This document shows, piece by piece, positions 21,538 through 31,053 of a stretch of DNA of 64,000 bases. How positions within the stretch are numbered: the first letter of the stretch is position 1; the number at the start of each line of letters is the position of its first letter. The notes under the pieces are model-generated. The model was given only the letters and a program-made list of their open reading frames with translations, searched no databases and was not told the DNA's origin. Made by a program: the position numbers and the translations under genes. The stretch spans positions 340 to 64,339 of the forward strand of contig CAWAUM010000009.1 in NCBI GenBank assembly GCA_963785235.1, given 5' to 3'. This stretch comes from an uncultured delta proteobacterium. Lineage in GTDB: Bacteria > Desulfobacterota > Desulfomonilia > UBA1062.

Positions 21538-22548
21538 ATGCTCATCGTCATGCATCATAAGGCTACAGACAAACAGATCGAGGCCGTGATTGCCTCTGTT
21601 GCACGGATGGGTTTGATGGCCAGGCCCATCCCCGGGAGCGAGAGGACCGCAATCGGGGTCCTGGGGAATAAGGGTTATGTGGATGACACGAATATCCGGG
21701 ATCTTCCCGGGATCAAAGAGATCATCCATGTTTCCAAGCCGTACAAAATGGTTTCCCGGGACTTTCACCCCCGCGGCACAATCATCAAGGTGGACGGTCA
21801 TGAGATCGGCGAAGGGAAACGCCCGGTAATCATTGCAGGACCCTGTGCGGTAGAGAGCGAAACACAGATCGTCAAGACTGCATTGGCGGTGAAAAAGGCA
21901 GGCGCTGATATGCTGCGCGGTGGGGCATTCAAGCCGCGCACAGGCCCCCATACATTCCAGGGACTGAAGGAAGAAGGGTTGAAGCTCCTTGCCCTGGCAA
22001 AGAAAGAGACGGGTCTGTCCATTGTCACCGAGGTGATGGGCACGGAGAATGTGGCACTTGTAGGAGAATATGCCGACATACTTCAGGTGGGCGCCAGAAA
22101 TATGCAGAATTTTGATCTCCTGACCGAACTCGGCCGCATCAACAAACCGGTCCTGCTCAAGCGCGGCATGAGCGCTACAGTGGAGGAATTCCTGGCAGCA
22201 GCGGAATATATCTATGCCGGGGGGAACCACCAGGTCATTCTCTGCGAGCGAGGCATCCGCACATTCGAGACAGCGACACGCAACAGCCTGGACCTGTCGA
22301 TTATCCCCCTGATCAAGGAACTGACACACCTTCCCGTGATCGTTGACCCCTCGCATGCCACAGGGCGTAGGAGCCTTGTCCCTCCCATGGCAAAGGCGGC
22401 CCTTGTGGTGGGCGCGCATGGCATCATGGTGGAGGTTCACCCCGAGCCGGACAAGGCCCTGTCCGACGGCCCCCAGTCGTTGACCATTCCCGGCTTCGAG
22501 AGGCTCATGGACGAGATCAGGAAGATCGATGCCTTCCTGGGGTATTGA
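21538..22548 (+). CDS. aroF: 3-deoxy-7-phosphoheptulonate (DAHP) synthase, class I-beta with an N-terminal regulatory domain
   Basis: [47 protein letters not shown] and DPSHATGRR. Confidence 0.85.
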   Translation: MLIVMHHKATDKQIEAVIASVARMGLMARPIPGSERTAIGVLGNKGYVDDTNIRDLPGIKEIIHVSKPYKMVSRDFHPRGTIIKVDGHEIGEGKRPVIIAGPCAVESETQIVKTALAVKKAGADMLRGGAFKPRTGPHTFQGLKEEGLKLLALAKKETGLSIVTEVMGTENVALVGEYADILQVGARNMQNFDLLTELGRINKPVLLKRGMSATVEEFLAAAEYIYAGGNHQVILCERGIRTFETATRNSLDLSIIPLIKELTHLPVIVDPSHATGRRSLVPPMAKAALVVGAHGIMVEVHPEPDKALSDGPQSLTIPGFERLMDEIRKIDAFLGY

Positions 22549-22557
22549 CAGGGACTG

Positions 22558-22780
22558 AATCCGGGTTTTGCGCTTGAATGCACCCATAAATACTCAATGC
22601 ACAACAGGCGCTCTTTAAGTATAAAACTCATAGTGCCATGGAATTGTTTTTTAATTAGGTCCGTTCAAAACATCAATCTTGCAGCCTTGAAGGACCGATA
22701 TAATTAGCGCTCCACAAAGGCTGCAAGATTGATGTTTTGAAGGAAAAAGGTTTTACGGTTCTTAAATGCAAAATCCGGAT
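22558..22780 (-). repeat. hairpin-MITE family, full copy
   Basis: Ends AATCCGGGTTTTGCGC ... TGCAAAATCCGGAT. Central hairpin 22658-22745 with the 7-bp box CATCAAT/ATTGATG. Starts 10 nt after the aroF stop. Confidence 0.85.
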
Positions 22781-22816
22781 CGATAAGATGGACTTGTTCC
22801 TATTCATGAACGAAAA

Positions 22817-23200
22817 CTACAGGATTGATTTTACTGCCTGCAGCAACGGTTCGCGCATTATAGGTTTTTTCATTTCATAGAGCGTGTCGAAATTTTTTAT
22901 CATTTTAAGATAATACTCAGGTGCAATCTGATCACCGCCGGATATGGCGATGATCTTCACATCGGGCGACAGCAGCCGCAGCTCCATGATGGTTTGCACA
23001 CCGCCCATCCCGGGCATGAGGATGTCGGTAATGACCAGGTCCTGCCGGTGTTCGTTGAAAATCCTGACCCCATCATCCCCATTGCACGCCTCATCCACTT
23101 CATACCCTTCGCGTTCCAACATCTGCCGGAGCACATCTCTGACTGAATTATCATCATCGATAATAAGGATTCGAGCCAAATCATGCCCCCCTAGCACCAT
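22817..23200 (-). CDS. single-domain response regulator (CheY-like receiver)
   Basis: ILIIDDDNSVRDVL...DLVITDILMPGMGG...KIIAISG. Confidence 0.8.
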   Translation of the reverse strand: MVLGGHDLARILIIDDDNSVRDVLRQMLEREGYEVDEACNGDDGVRIFNEHRQDLVITDILMPGMGGVQTIMELRLLSPDVKIIAISGGDQIAPEYYLKMIKNFDTLYEMKKPIMREPLLQAVKSIL

Positions 23201-23380
23201 TATTATATCAAGTCTTGTATGATTTGCAAATAACTGCTTTTATGAAGAACATATTCTTTTTAAGATGATAGTTGTCTTTTGTTGTAAGTCAACCGGGATT
23301 TTCTACAAATATGCTTTGAAATTGACAGTAAGTCTGTAATATCATCTCATCGTCAGAATTGAAAATACCAAAGGGGCCAT

Positions 23381-24718
23381 ATGGGAAGGATTGGTGCATT
23401 ACTCGTTGTATTGTCCGCATCGATCTTTTCTGCATGCTCACATCTGGATAACGATGTTAAGCAGTGCTACACATGCACCAATCCGGTTGTCACTGTGCAG
23501 AGCTGTACCGCAGCCATTGATTCAAGACGGATTTTCGGGTTGAGGCTCGCCGACATGTATGTCCGCCGGGGGATCGCCCACGACAGCAATGGCGAGTATG
23601 ACCGTGCGATCCCTGACTTCGACCAGGCCATTGCCCTGAACCCGTATTTATTCGAGGCCTTCTACAATAGGGGGTATGCCCTGGAGAAAAAGGACGAGCA
23701 CGACCGGGCGATCAAGGATTTCGACCGGGCCATCCAGCTGGTCCCGGACCACGCCGCCACGTTCATCAACCGAGGTGTATCATATCGCAACAAGGGCGAT
23801 TATGACCGTGCAGTAAAGGATTTCACCAAGGCCATCGAAATTAATCCAACGTTATTCACCGCCTATTACTCTCGAGGGTATACCTTCGAATTAAAAGGCG
23901 AACACGACCGCGCAATGACGGATTTCGACCAGGCCCTTGCCCTGAACCCGAAATTCCCACGCGTATTCATCACCCGTGGTTTCATTGAAGAAAGCCGCGG
24001 CGAATACAACCGGGCCATCCTTGACTATGACCAGGCCATAAGCCTGAGCCCGCGGTATTCCACTGCGTTTTTCAACCGGGGTAACGGCTATCTGCGCGGC
24101 GGCGAATTCGACCGTGCCATCAAGGACTACGATCAAGCAATTAAGGTCAATCCGAAATATGCAAATGCCTTCAATAACCGGGGTAATGCTTATCGCGGCA
24201 GGGGTGAGCACGATCGAGCGGTTTTGGATTACAACCAGGCAATAGACTTGGATCCATACGATGCAAATAAATTCAAGAGCAGGGGTATTGCCGGATTCTG
24301 TATGGGGCAGTTCGGTTCTGCCTTGCAGGACCTGGAAAAAGCAATGCAATTGAAGCCCGAAGATCCCTACGCGGTTATCTGGCTGTACCTGACCCGGGTC
24401 AAGCTGGGTGGAGATGCGAAGGGTGAACTGGCAAAGAACGCGGCACAGCTGAACCTGCAGGTATGGCCGAAAGAGGTGATCGGCCTGTATCTGGGGAAAA
24501 CAACGAAAGAGACAGTACTCTCTTCTGCAAAAAACCCTGATCCGAAGAAGGAACAAGAAATTCGGTGCGAGGCCTTTTTCTACCTTGGCGAGGAGGCGTT
24601 GATACAAGGCAGAAAGCAAGATGCCAAGGTGCTTTTCCGAAAGGCCCGTGATACGAAGGTTACGCACTTTATTGAATACATCGGTACCGAGGTTGAGCTG
24701 AAGCGGCTGGTGCCATAA
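23381..24718 (+). CDS. tetratricopeptide-repeat lipoprotein
   Basis: Lipobox LSASIFSAC, then ~8 tandem 34-aa TPR units (G-YDRAI-D-DQAI-LNP---A--NRG). Confidence 0.8.
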   Translation: MGRIGALLVVLSASIFSACSHLDNDVKQCYTCTNPVVTVQSCTAAIDSRRIFGLRLADMYVRRGIAHDSNGEYDRAIPDFDQAIALNPYLFEAFYNRGYALEKKDEHDRAIKDFDRAIQLVPDHAATFINRGVSYRNKGDYDRAVKDFTKAIEINPTLFTAYYSRGYTFELKGEHDRAMTDFDQALALNPKFPRVFITRGFIEESRGEYNRAILDYDQAISLSPRYSTAFFNRGNGYLRGGEFDRAIKDYDQAIKVNPKYANAFNNRGNAYRGRGEHDRAVLDYNQAIDLDPYDANKFKSRGIAGFCMGQFGSALQDLEKAMQLKPEDPYAVIWLYLTRVKLGGDAKGELAKNAAQLNLQVWPKEVIGLYLGKTTKETVLSSAKNPDPKKEQEIRCEAFFYLGEEALIQGRKQDAKVLFRKARDTKVTHFIEYIGTEVELKRLVP

Positions 24719-24789
24719 CGGATCAAGTCTTTACTCATCATAACGCATAATCCAGTATAAGACCATCAAGCATACCCAGAATGGCTGTC

Positions 24790-25572
24790 CTATATATGCG
24801 CCTGAGTCTGTTTGGAATCCCGGATAGCTTCCTCTGCCAGGATCTCGCCGCCACGGCTTATGACGATGTGTTTCATGGGGATGTTCACCCCGGAGCGTTT
24901 TAACGCCTCGATTGCCGCATGTACAAGCCCTGTACAGCACGGGACCTCCATATGAACCACCGTGAGCGATTTCGGTGTGGCCTGGGCAAGGATCTCGGCA
25001 AGGCGCGAATGTGCTTTTCAACATCGTCCAGTTTGGGGCAGGCAATGGCCACGGTCCTGCCCTTAAGGAGCTTGTTGTGCAGCGTGGGGCTGGCAACCCC
25101 GCAGCAGTCGGCCATGAGCAGCATGTCGGACCCTTTCAGGAACGGGGCTGCAGGCGAGAGGAGCTGGAGCTTTACCGGCCAGTGTCCCAGCTGAGAGTTC
25201 ATTTCAGCACACGGAGTTTTCTTCCTGGCCGTTGGACAATTTATTCGGGGTGAGGGTCATGATGGATGATGAAGGGCAGCCACAGGCCAGCGTGGCCGGG
25301 CCGGACTTAACAGCACCATGTGGCTGTTTCGTGCGCAGGTGTTGCTCCACGGCTTCTTCGTTGAATTCATCGGCCTCGCGCTCGATAATTGTCAATGCAC
25401 CTTGCGGGCATTGGCCGATACAGGCGCCGATGCCGTCGCACAGGATATCGCCTACAAGCCTTGCCTTTCCGTCAATGAGCTTCAGGGCACCTTCAGCGCA
25501 GCCAAGGATACACAGGCCGCACCCATCGCATTTATTCTCATCGATCTCAATGATCTTCCTAGTCTTCTTCAT
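24790..25572 (-). CDS. 2x[4Fe-4S] ferredoxin-domain protein with a conserved Cys-rich C-terminal domain; two frame breaks as sequenced
   Basis: The N-terminus has [11 protein letters not shown] and CIGQCPQG. It then runs through three frames: ...[32 protein letters not shown]...IACPKLDD / [38 protein letters not shown]...*. Breaks at ~25205-25235 and ~25000. Confidence 0.6.
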
Positions 25573-25631
25573 GCCGGTCTCCCTTTTCGTTCATTATGCA
25601 GCCCTTATAGGTGCTTTGTCAGGCGAAATCC

Positions 25632-25645
25632 TTGACCTGGGTCAA
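25632..25645. promoter_or_regulatory. FNR/CRP-type palindrome TTGAC-N4-GTCAA in a divergent promoter region
   Basis: TTGACCTGGGTCAA is a perfect 5-4-5 palindrome, 46 nt upstream of the Crp/Fnr gene and 60 nt upstream of the divergent 4Fe-4S gene. Confidence 0.5.
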
Positions 25646-25690
25646 GCCATTGCACTTGCTCTTATTATCAGGAATAAGTAAGCTGTCTTC

Positions 25691-26383
25691 ATGGAACTGC
25701 GCGTCTTGTTCAGGCAGACCGAACTCTTCAAAGGCATGAGCGAAGATGCCCTGGCCAGGCTTGCCGCCAAGGGGAAACAGCGCCGCTTCGAGCAGGGGGA
25801 CACCCTGTTCGTGGAGGGGACAAAAGGCTCTGAATTTTTCCTGCTCACACAAGGGGATGTCCGCCTCTACAAGACATCGCCGGAAGGCCAGGAGATAGTG
25901 CTGCGCATCATCAGGCCGGGCGAGATCTTTGCCGAAGTGGTCATCTTCGAGGACACCACCTATCCTGCAAGTGCGGCTGCATTATCGGCAGGCAGCGTTT
26001 TTGCCATAGGCCGGGCCTCCTTTGCAGAGCTGCTGGAGGATAACCGGTTCCGCAACGAGTTCATAACCATGCTCATGAAGAAGCAGCGATACCTCACCGA
26101 ACGCATCCTCTACCTCACGACCTATGCCGTGGAGGAGAGATTTTTCCGGTTTCTCATTGAACACTACGGCACAAGCGGGGTTTACCGGGTGGATATGGCC
26201 AAGAAGGACATAGCATCAGCCATCGGCACCATCCCCGAGACGCTCTCAAGGCTCATCAACAGGCTGAAAGGGCTGGGTGTGCTTTTATGGGAGGGCAACA
26301 CATTGACAGTGGACAAGGACTTTCTTGAGAATTTCATGGAAACAGGCGAGATCAGGTCAACAAATAAGTACGGTTCATCTTGA
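25691..26383 (+). CDS. Crp/Fnr family transcriptional regulator
   Basis: cNMP-binding-like N-terminal domain (LFKGMSEDALARLA...GDTLFVEG) and a C-terminal HTH (KKDIASAIGTIPETLSRLINRLK). Confidence 0.8.
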   Translation: MELRVLFRQTELFKGMSEDALARLAAKGKQRRFEQGDTLFVEGTKGSEFFLLTQGDVRLYKTSPEGQEIVLRIIRPGEIFAEVVIFEDTTYPASAAALSAGSVFAIGRASFAELLEDNRFRNEFITMLMKKQRYLTERILYLTTYAVEERFFRFLIEHYGTSGVYRVDMAKKDIASAIGTIPETLSRLINRLKGLGVLLWEGNTLTVDKDFLENFMETGEIRSTNKYGSS

Positions 26384-26404
26384 GTAAACATACCCGGATC
26401 TTTT

Positions 26405-26552
26405 AACCCGGGTTTTGCAGTTAAGAGGAGTAAAAAAACTTGATCCGTTAAAAACCTCAATCTTGCAGCCTGGAAGGACCGGGAAATTAACATGCCGCAA
26501 AGGCTGCAAAATTGAGGTTTTTAACGGACCTATTTAAAAACAGTTTCCATGG
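26405..26552 (+). repeat. hairpin-MITE family, 3'-truncated copy; loop in the minority orientation
   Basis: AACCCGGGTTTTGCAGTTAAGAGGAGTAAAAAAAC... Hairpin 26442-26530 with box CCTCAAT/ATTGAGG. Ends at CCATGG, directly abutting the activase stop codon. Confidence 0.8.
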
Positions 26553-27488
26553 TTAAACATCTCCGAGCCCGGGTTCCTCGCCTGGTCTCCATACCCTGAT
26601 CCCCTCGGCCAGGAACAACCCTTCGACGGCATCCAGCTCGGAATCCGTAGGTACGCGTATATCAGGACCCTCCGGGAGCCCCAGCCACCGGCGTTTACCA
26701 TCCCCCATGGGGTGGAAGGGCACTATGGTCAGGAAGGATATCCCGAGCCCGTTGAGAAAGCCTGCCCAGCCCTTTACATTTTCCTGTCCGTCTGTCATAC
26801 CCGGCACCAGAGGAAGGCGTGGCCTGACAGGAGGGCCCTCCTGCCTGCCCCAGGCCTCCGCAAGGGACTTCAGGTTCTGTTTGATCTCCGTGTTGCTCAC
26901 CCCGCATAACAGCCTGTGCCGGGACTCGTCATAGACCTTGATGTCGAAGAGCACGAGCTGAAGCTCCTGAAGGAGGGGCTGCAGCCTCTCCGGATTGAAG
27001 TATCCACAGGTCTCCAGGGCGACTTCAATGCCTTCGGCGCGCAGCGACCTCGCCAGCCTGGCAGCAAATTCCGGATAGAGCGTCGGTTCCCCTCCGGTAA
27101 AGGTCACGCCGCCTCCGGAGGTCCTGAAAAGGGGAAACTCGGGTCTGAGTTCCTCCACGATTTCTTCGGAAGTCAGGGGGATGCCGAAGCGCGTCATGGC
27201 GCCCGAAGGGCAGCTGTCAATACAGGTAAAGCAGTATCTGCATTGTTCGGCATCCCTTTTCCCCACGTGGGCCAATGCGTTCCCCGGGCAGTTTTTTACG
27301 CACCTTGTGCAGTTGATGCAAAGATGCGATTTGAAGGCTATGTCGACTACAGGCTTCCAGGATTCGACGTTCTGGCACCAGACACAGCGCAGGGGGCAGC
27401 CTTTGAAAAAGACCAGGCTCCGCATCCCCGGACCGTCATGGAGGCAGAAATGCTGCAGGGAGAAGATGAGCGGCTCAGGTGATGCCAT
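26553..27488 (-). CDS. glycyl-radical enzyme activating protein (radical SAM, with extra ferredoxin-like clusters)
   Basis: GCPLRCVWCQN (CxxxCxxC) plus CINCTRCVKNCP and CRYCFTCIDSCP. The likely start MASPEPLIF at 27488 overlaps the GRE stop. Confidence 0.85.
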   Translation of the reverse strand: MASPEPLIFSLQHFCLHDGPGMRSLVFFKGCPLRCVWCQNVESWKPVVDIAFKSHLCINCTRCVKNCPGNALAHVGKRDAEQCRYCFTCIDSCPSGAMTRFGIPLTSEEIVEELRPEFPLFRTSGGGVTFTGGEPTLYPEFAARLARSLRAEGIEVALETCGYFNPERLQPLLQELQLVLFDIKVYDESRHRLLCGVSNTEIKQNLKSLAEAWGRQEGPPVRPRLPLVPGMTDGQENVKGWAGFLNGLGISFLTIVPFHPMGDGKRRWLGLPEGPDIRVPTDSELDAVEGLFLAEGIRVWRPGEEPGLGDV

Positions 27489-29945
27489 GGGCCGTTCTCT
27501 CGATGATCTCGTCCTGCACATCGGCCTGGAGGTCGTTGAAATAGGCGCAGTACCCGGCCACGCGCACCACGATCCCCGGGTAGGATGCAGGGTCGTTTTT
27601 CGCAGCCTTTAGTGTCTCGGCATCGAGGATATTGACCTGGACCTGCATTCCCCCCTGATCGAAATAATTTTTAAAAAGGTCATCAGTGCCTTACACCCCG
27701 TCTCCCCCTGGACCATCTTCCTGTCGAACTTCAGGTTCAGGGCATGGCAGTTCATCCATTTTCTGCTGTCCAGGGACGCGGCCGAACGCAGCACCGCCGT
27801 GGGGCCCAGGCGCTCGGCCCCGTCCGCCGGGGCGAGGCCGTTGGAGAGGCGCTTTCCGGCGGGCCTGCCGTTGGGCAGTGCGCCGGTAACCTTGCCGAAG
27901 CCGATGTGGCAGGTCATGGAATAGAATCCCGGCACGTATTGCCCGCCCCGCGTGTTCTTGTGGGCCCAGAGCGCATCGGCGAAGGCGTCGGCTGCGAGCT
28001 GGGTCATCCGGTCCGCCTCGGGAATGCCGTTGCCGTAGCGGGGGAGCTTGGTGGCCAGCTCGAGGCGCAGGTCTTCATGGCCACGAAGTTGTCCTTGAGG
28101 ATGCCCACGAATTCCTCCAGGCCGAAGCGCTTCTCATCAAAGACCATCTTCTTCAGGGCGTAGAGGGAGTCGCCCGCATCGGCGAGGCCTGCAGCCTGGA
28201 CGGAGGTGTAATCGTAGAGGCCGCCGCCCCAGGTAACGTCCTTGCCCTTTTCCAGGCAGCCCTGGGTGATGATGGAGTTCACCGGGGTCGGCCGGGCCGT
28301 GCGATAGACCTCCTCCAGCCAGCCGATCACCTTCACCATGTCGTCGACCCCGTGGCGGACCTGGGTGCGGAAGGCTTCAAGCACATCTTCAAAGGTCTTC
28401 ATGGAAGATGCCGGCGGTGTTGCTGCACCGAAGCGGCTGCGGCCCTCTATCCTGGCCTTGCCGTGAAAGCGGCAGCCCTCGTTCAGGGCCAGCTCCAGAC
28501 AGAGGGGCAGGTTGAAGAGCGCGGCGTCCGAGGAGTTGTAGGTGCGCCCCTGGCTCGCCATCTCCACGCAGCCGATGACGGCGTAGTCCCGGGCGTGTTC
28601 CTCAGTCATGCCTGCCTCTTTGAGTGCCCTGACCACTGCCGTGTCCCCGAAGAGAGAGGGTCGGCTGGTGCCCATCTGGAGAAGCTCCACGCTCTTGTGC
28701 AAGAACCAGTCGGGCGTGGCGGGATGGATGCGGACGTGGACCGCCGGTTCGCGGGTCAGGACCTGGGCATAGGCGTCCAGGATAAGACCGGAAAGCTCGT
28801 TGGTCACGTCGTTTCCCTTCGCGTCCGTGCCCCCAAGGTGAAGGCCTGGGCGACCCCGATGCCACTGAAGAACTGGTCGACCCTCTGGGAGTAGAGCGGT
28901 ATGGTCTCGCAGGTCTTCAGACAGAAACCGGCGGTCATCTCCGTGGCCTTCTCGGGCGTGAGCCTGCCCTGTTCGATATCCGCGCGATACAGCGGCAGGA
29001 GGACCTGGTCCATCCGGCCGAAGGAGAGGCCCTGCTCGAAGTCTTCCAGGTTCAATGCCACGTGGACAAGCCAGGTGGCCTGCAAACCCTCCAGGTAGGT
29101 CCGGGCCGGTTCAAAGGGGACCCTGCGGCACGCCTTCGCCGATTCCAGGAGTTCGATCTTTCTCCATTCAGGAACACCCGGCCGGGAGGCCATATTCTGT
29201 GCCTCGTGAGCCAGATTTTCCGCCATCTTCCTAATGCCGTCGATCGTGATGACCACCGAGCGGAAGAAGGCCCTCTGATCGGCATCAAGAGGGGAGCCGT
29301 CCGCAAGCCTGCCCTCCTCCAGCCTTTGTCGGCCTCTTCATAAGGGCGGCACAAGCCTTCATGGACGACCATCCGGTAGTTTCCCACCTGATGTCCCACG
29401 CCAGCCTCCTCGGTGATGAAGTGGCGCTTGGCCCGGAAGAAATCCAGAAAATAGGAAATGCGCCCGGGCTTGAGGAGCGCTTTTGCTCCGACGCTTTTGA
29501 ATGCGTTTCTGAGTCCTATGAAAAGGAGTTCCGCGGTCTCCCTGCCGCTTAACTTCAGGGGTATGGTCCGTTTCCCCAGCCGGAAGAAGTCCTCAAGGAT
29601 GTTGATGGACCCTCCCTCGATGTAATAATTGGCGGCAATGCGCTTGGAGGTCATGTTGCCGATGATGAGTTCACCATCGTAGATGCGGGGCGTGCGATGG
29701 GAGAATATATAGTTCAGCGCCAGGGCGCGCTGCACCAGGGAGTGCTCCGTTCTGGCGCTTTGGTGGCCCTGTCTGGACCTATGGAATTCCCCCAGGAGCC
29801 TCGGCCTCTCAAGACAGATCGAGTACGGGGTGGAAAACAGCTCCGCCCTGATGGAGGCAATACGCGGTGTGGGGCTTACGAACCCCCCGATCGGGGCTGC
29901 AGCTTTTGAGGCCTTGGTCTTCGTGACATGAGGAAATGTAGCCAT
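27476..29945 (-). CDS. glycyl radical enzyme, PFL2/glycerol-dehydratase-like family (~823 aa); four frame breaks as sequenced
   Basis: Five colinear pieces: 29945-29330, 29256-28804, 28807-28004, 28007-~27690, ~27690-27476. They carry the thiyl-Cys region AVIGCVEMAS and the C-terminal glycyl-radical motif VVRVAGYCAYF (translated by hand from 27476-27690). Confidence 0.8.
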
Positions 29946-30078
29946 AGGACGATTCCCTCCTTTTAAGAGAAGCTGGAGACGGATATGCTTTTCAGACGGG
30001 TGTATTAAAACACAGCACCATGAGCTATTACAACAATATACTTATTGCCTTTGGCGGGTTGTGTTCCCACTGCCAGCT

Positions 30079-30402
30079 TTATTTGCGGTCGGTTCCGCAT
30101 TGCCAGCACGTAGTGAACTGGGGCTCGAGCATTTCACCGCATTTGGGACAGTGCCAAAGTTTGCCGATGATGACATGTGAACCGAATCCCTGCTCATAGC
30201 GTGAGACGATTCCCAATGCCTTTTCCAGTTGGCTATCTTCCCGAATCCAAACCGATGGGAGGGTGTCCTCTGTTATTGCGAGTGCACCCAAGGCACCAAA
30301 GAGCGCTTCTCCTTGTAGTTCCGATTCTATGCCTTCCAACTCCAGAAGGTTTTTCACCAGATGCGCTTCTGTGGGATGTCGTGCGATAAATACTTTTTTC
30401 AC
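30079..30402 (-). CDS. DUF2007-like protein with a C-terminal zinc ribbon
   Basis: The N-terminus (VFIARHPTEAHLVKNLLELEGIES) resembles DUF2007. The C-terminus has CPKCG...CWQCG. Confidence 0.5.
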   Translation of the reverse strand: MKKVFIARHPTEAHLVKNLLELEGIESELQGEALFGALGALAITEDTLPSVWIREDSQLEKALGIVSRYEQGFGSHVIIGKLWHCPKCGEMLEPQFTTCWQCGTDRK

Positions 30403-30411
30403 AGCTGATCT

Positions 30412-30480
30412 CCAAAAACCCGACGTTCAAAATAACTGGTCTGCGCAGCTTTTCGGGCAGGTCCGGTCCATTGTTGAGTT
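30412..30480 (+). repeat. degenerate remnant related to the hairpin-MITE family
   Basis: CCAAAAACCCGACGTTCAAAATAACTGGTCTGCGCAGC resembles GTAAAAACCTGATCCGTTCAAAAC-box-CTTGCAGCC. The right arm is largely lost. Confidence 0.4.
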
Positions 30481-30501
30481 AGGGGCGGTCATTGGCACCA
30501 C

Positions 30502-30768
30502 CTATCTCAGCTTGCCCATGATTGCCCTAATTCCCTGTGCAGGGGCGATGCAACTCTTAGGGTCCAGGCTGAGATCAAATGCCTGGTTGAGAACCTCCAT
30601 CACGATCCTCTCGGGCTTGACGGAATTCCCTCGTACCTTCAGCCCAAAGATGATGTCTGTGGCCTCGGTACGGTATCCATCAAGGTCTGTAACTTTTTTT
30701 GCAGCCTCCCCCAATGGATTCCACTGGGCAAGAATGTTAGCCACAGCAGTGATTTGTTCTTCGTTCAT
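30502..30768 (-). CDS. DUF1871-like small protein
   Basis: ITAVANILAQWNPLGEAAKKVTDLDGYRTEATDIIF resembles DUF1871 (recalled). Start taken at MNEEQ. Confidence 0.4.
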   Translation of the reverse strand: MNEEQITAVANILAQWNPLGEAAKKVTDLDGYRTEATDIIFGLKVRGNSVKPERIVMEVLNQAFDLSLDPKSCIAPAQGIRAIMGKLR

Positions 30769-30840
30769 TTTAGCCCCCCCGTGAGCTGGACACAAGCCCG
30801 CCCATAATTCCTGATAGGCATGACTTGTTCTCCGGCATTA

Positions 30841-31053
30841 CTACAAAGCTATGGGTGTGAGCGTATATATTCGCGCAATACGACTTGCAGACTTTAAATC
30901 GCCTTTTTGTAAAGCTGATCTTACATCATCTAATTTCTGAGCATCAGTCAGAGAAAGATATGGAGACCAGCCTTTATCAGTTTCGATGAGCTCAATGTCA
31001 ACCTCAGCAACGTATCGACCTTCATGAATAAGTTTTGTGTTATGTCTTTTCAT
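30841..31053 (-). CDS. putative antitoxin partner of the DUF4258 toxin (family not recognised)
   Basis: 70-aa ORF whose ATG overlaps the stop of the upstream DUF4258 gene (ATGA, 31050-31053). No domain recognised. Confidence 0.4.
   Translation of the reverse strand: MKRHNTKLIHEGRYVAEVDIELIETDKGWSPYLSLTDAQKLDDVRSALQKGDLKSASRIARIYTLTPIAL

Noticed and set aside
21484-22587. Long antisense ORFs opposite strong genes (e.g. 21484..22587 opposite aroF, 23891..24667 opposite the TPR gene, 60530..61645 and 59183..59722 opposite carB, 46381..47241, 35337..35972, 12849..13505)
   Set aside because: Their translations are Arg/Gly/His/Pro-rich, low-complexity sequence with no motifs. Each lies entirely inside a gene with unmistakable conserved motifs on the other strand. 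They are typical shadow ORFs of GC-rich coding DNA.
25204-25206. TGA ending ORF 25204..25572, immediately followed by the continuation of the same Fe-S protein; possible second selenocysteine codon
   Set aside because: The downstream ORF (start 25202) is offset by 4 nt, so it is in a different frame. The +1 frame is open across the junction ([17 protein letters not shown]). This is a frameshift, not a read-through UGA.
30403-30501. attC-like site between the DUF1871-like and DUF2007-like genes (GTTGAGT / AAATAAC ends)
   Set aside because: The internal palindrome is poor. The left part aligns better to the left arm of the hairpin-MITE family (AAAAACC.GA.GTTCAAAA...CTGCGCAGC), so I treat it as a decayed MITE remnant.
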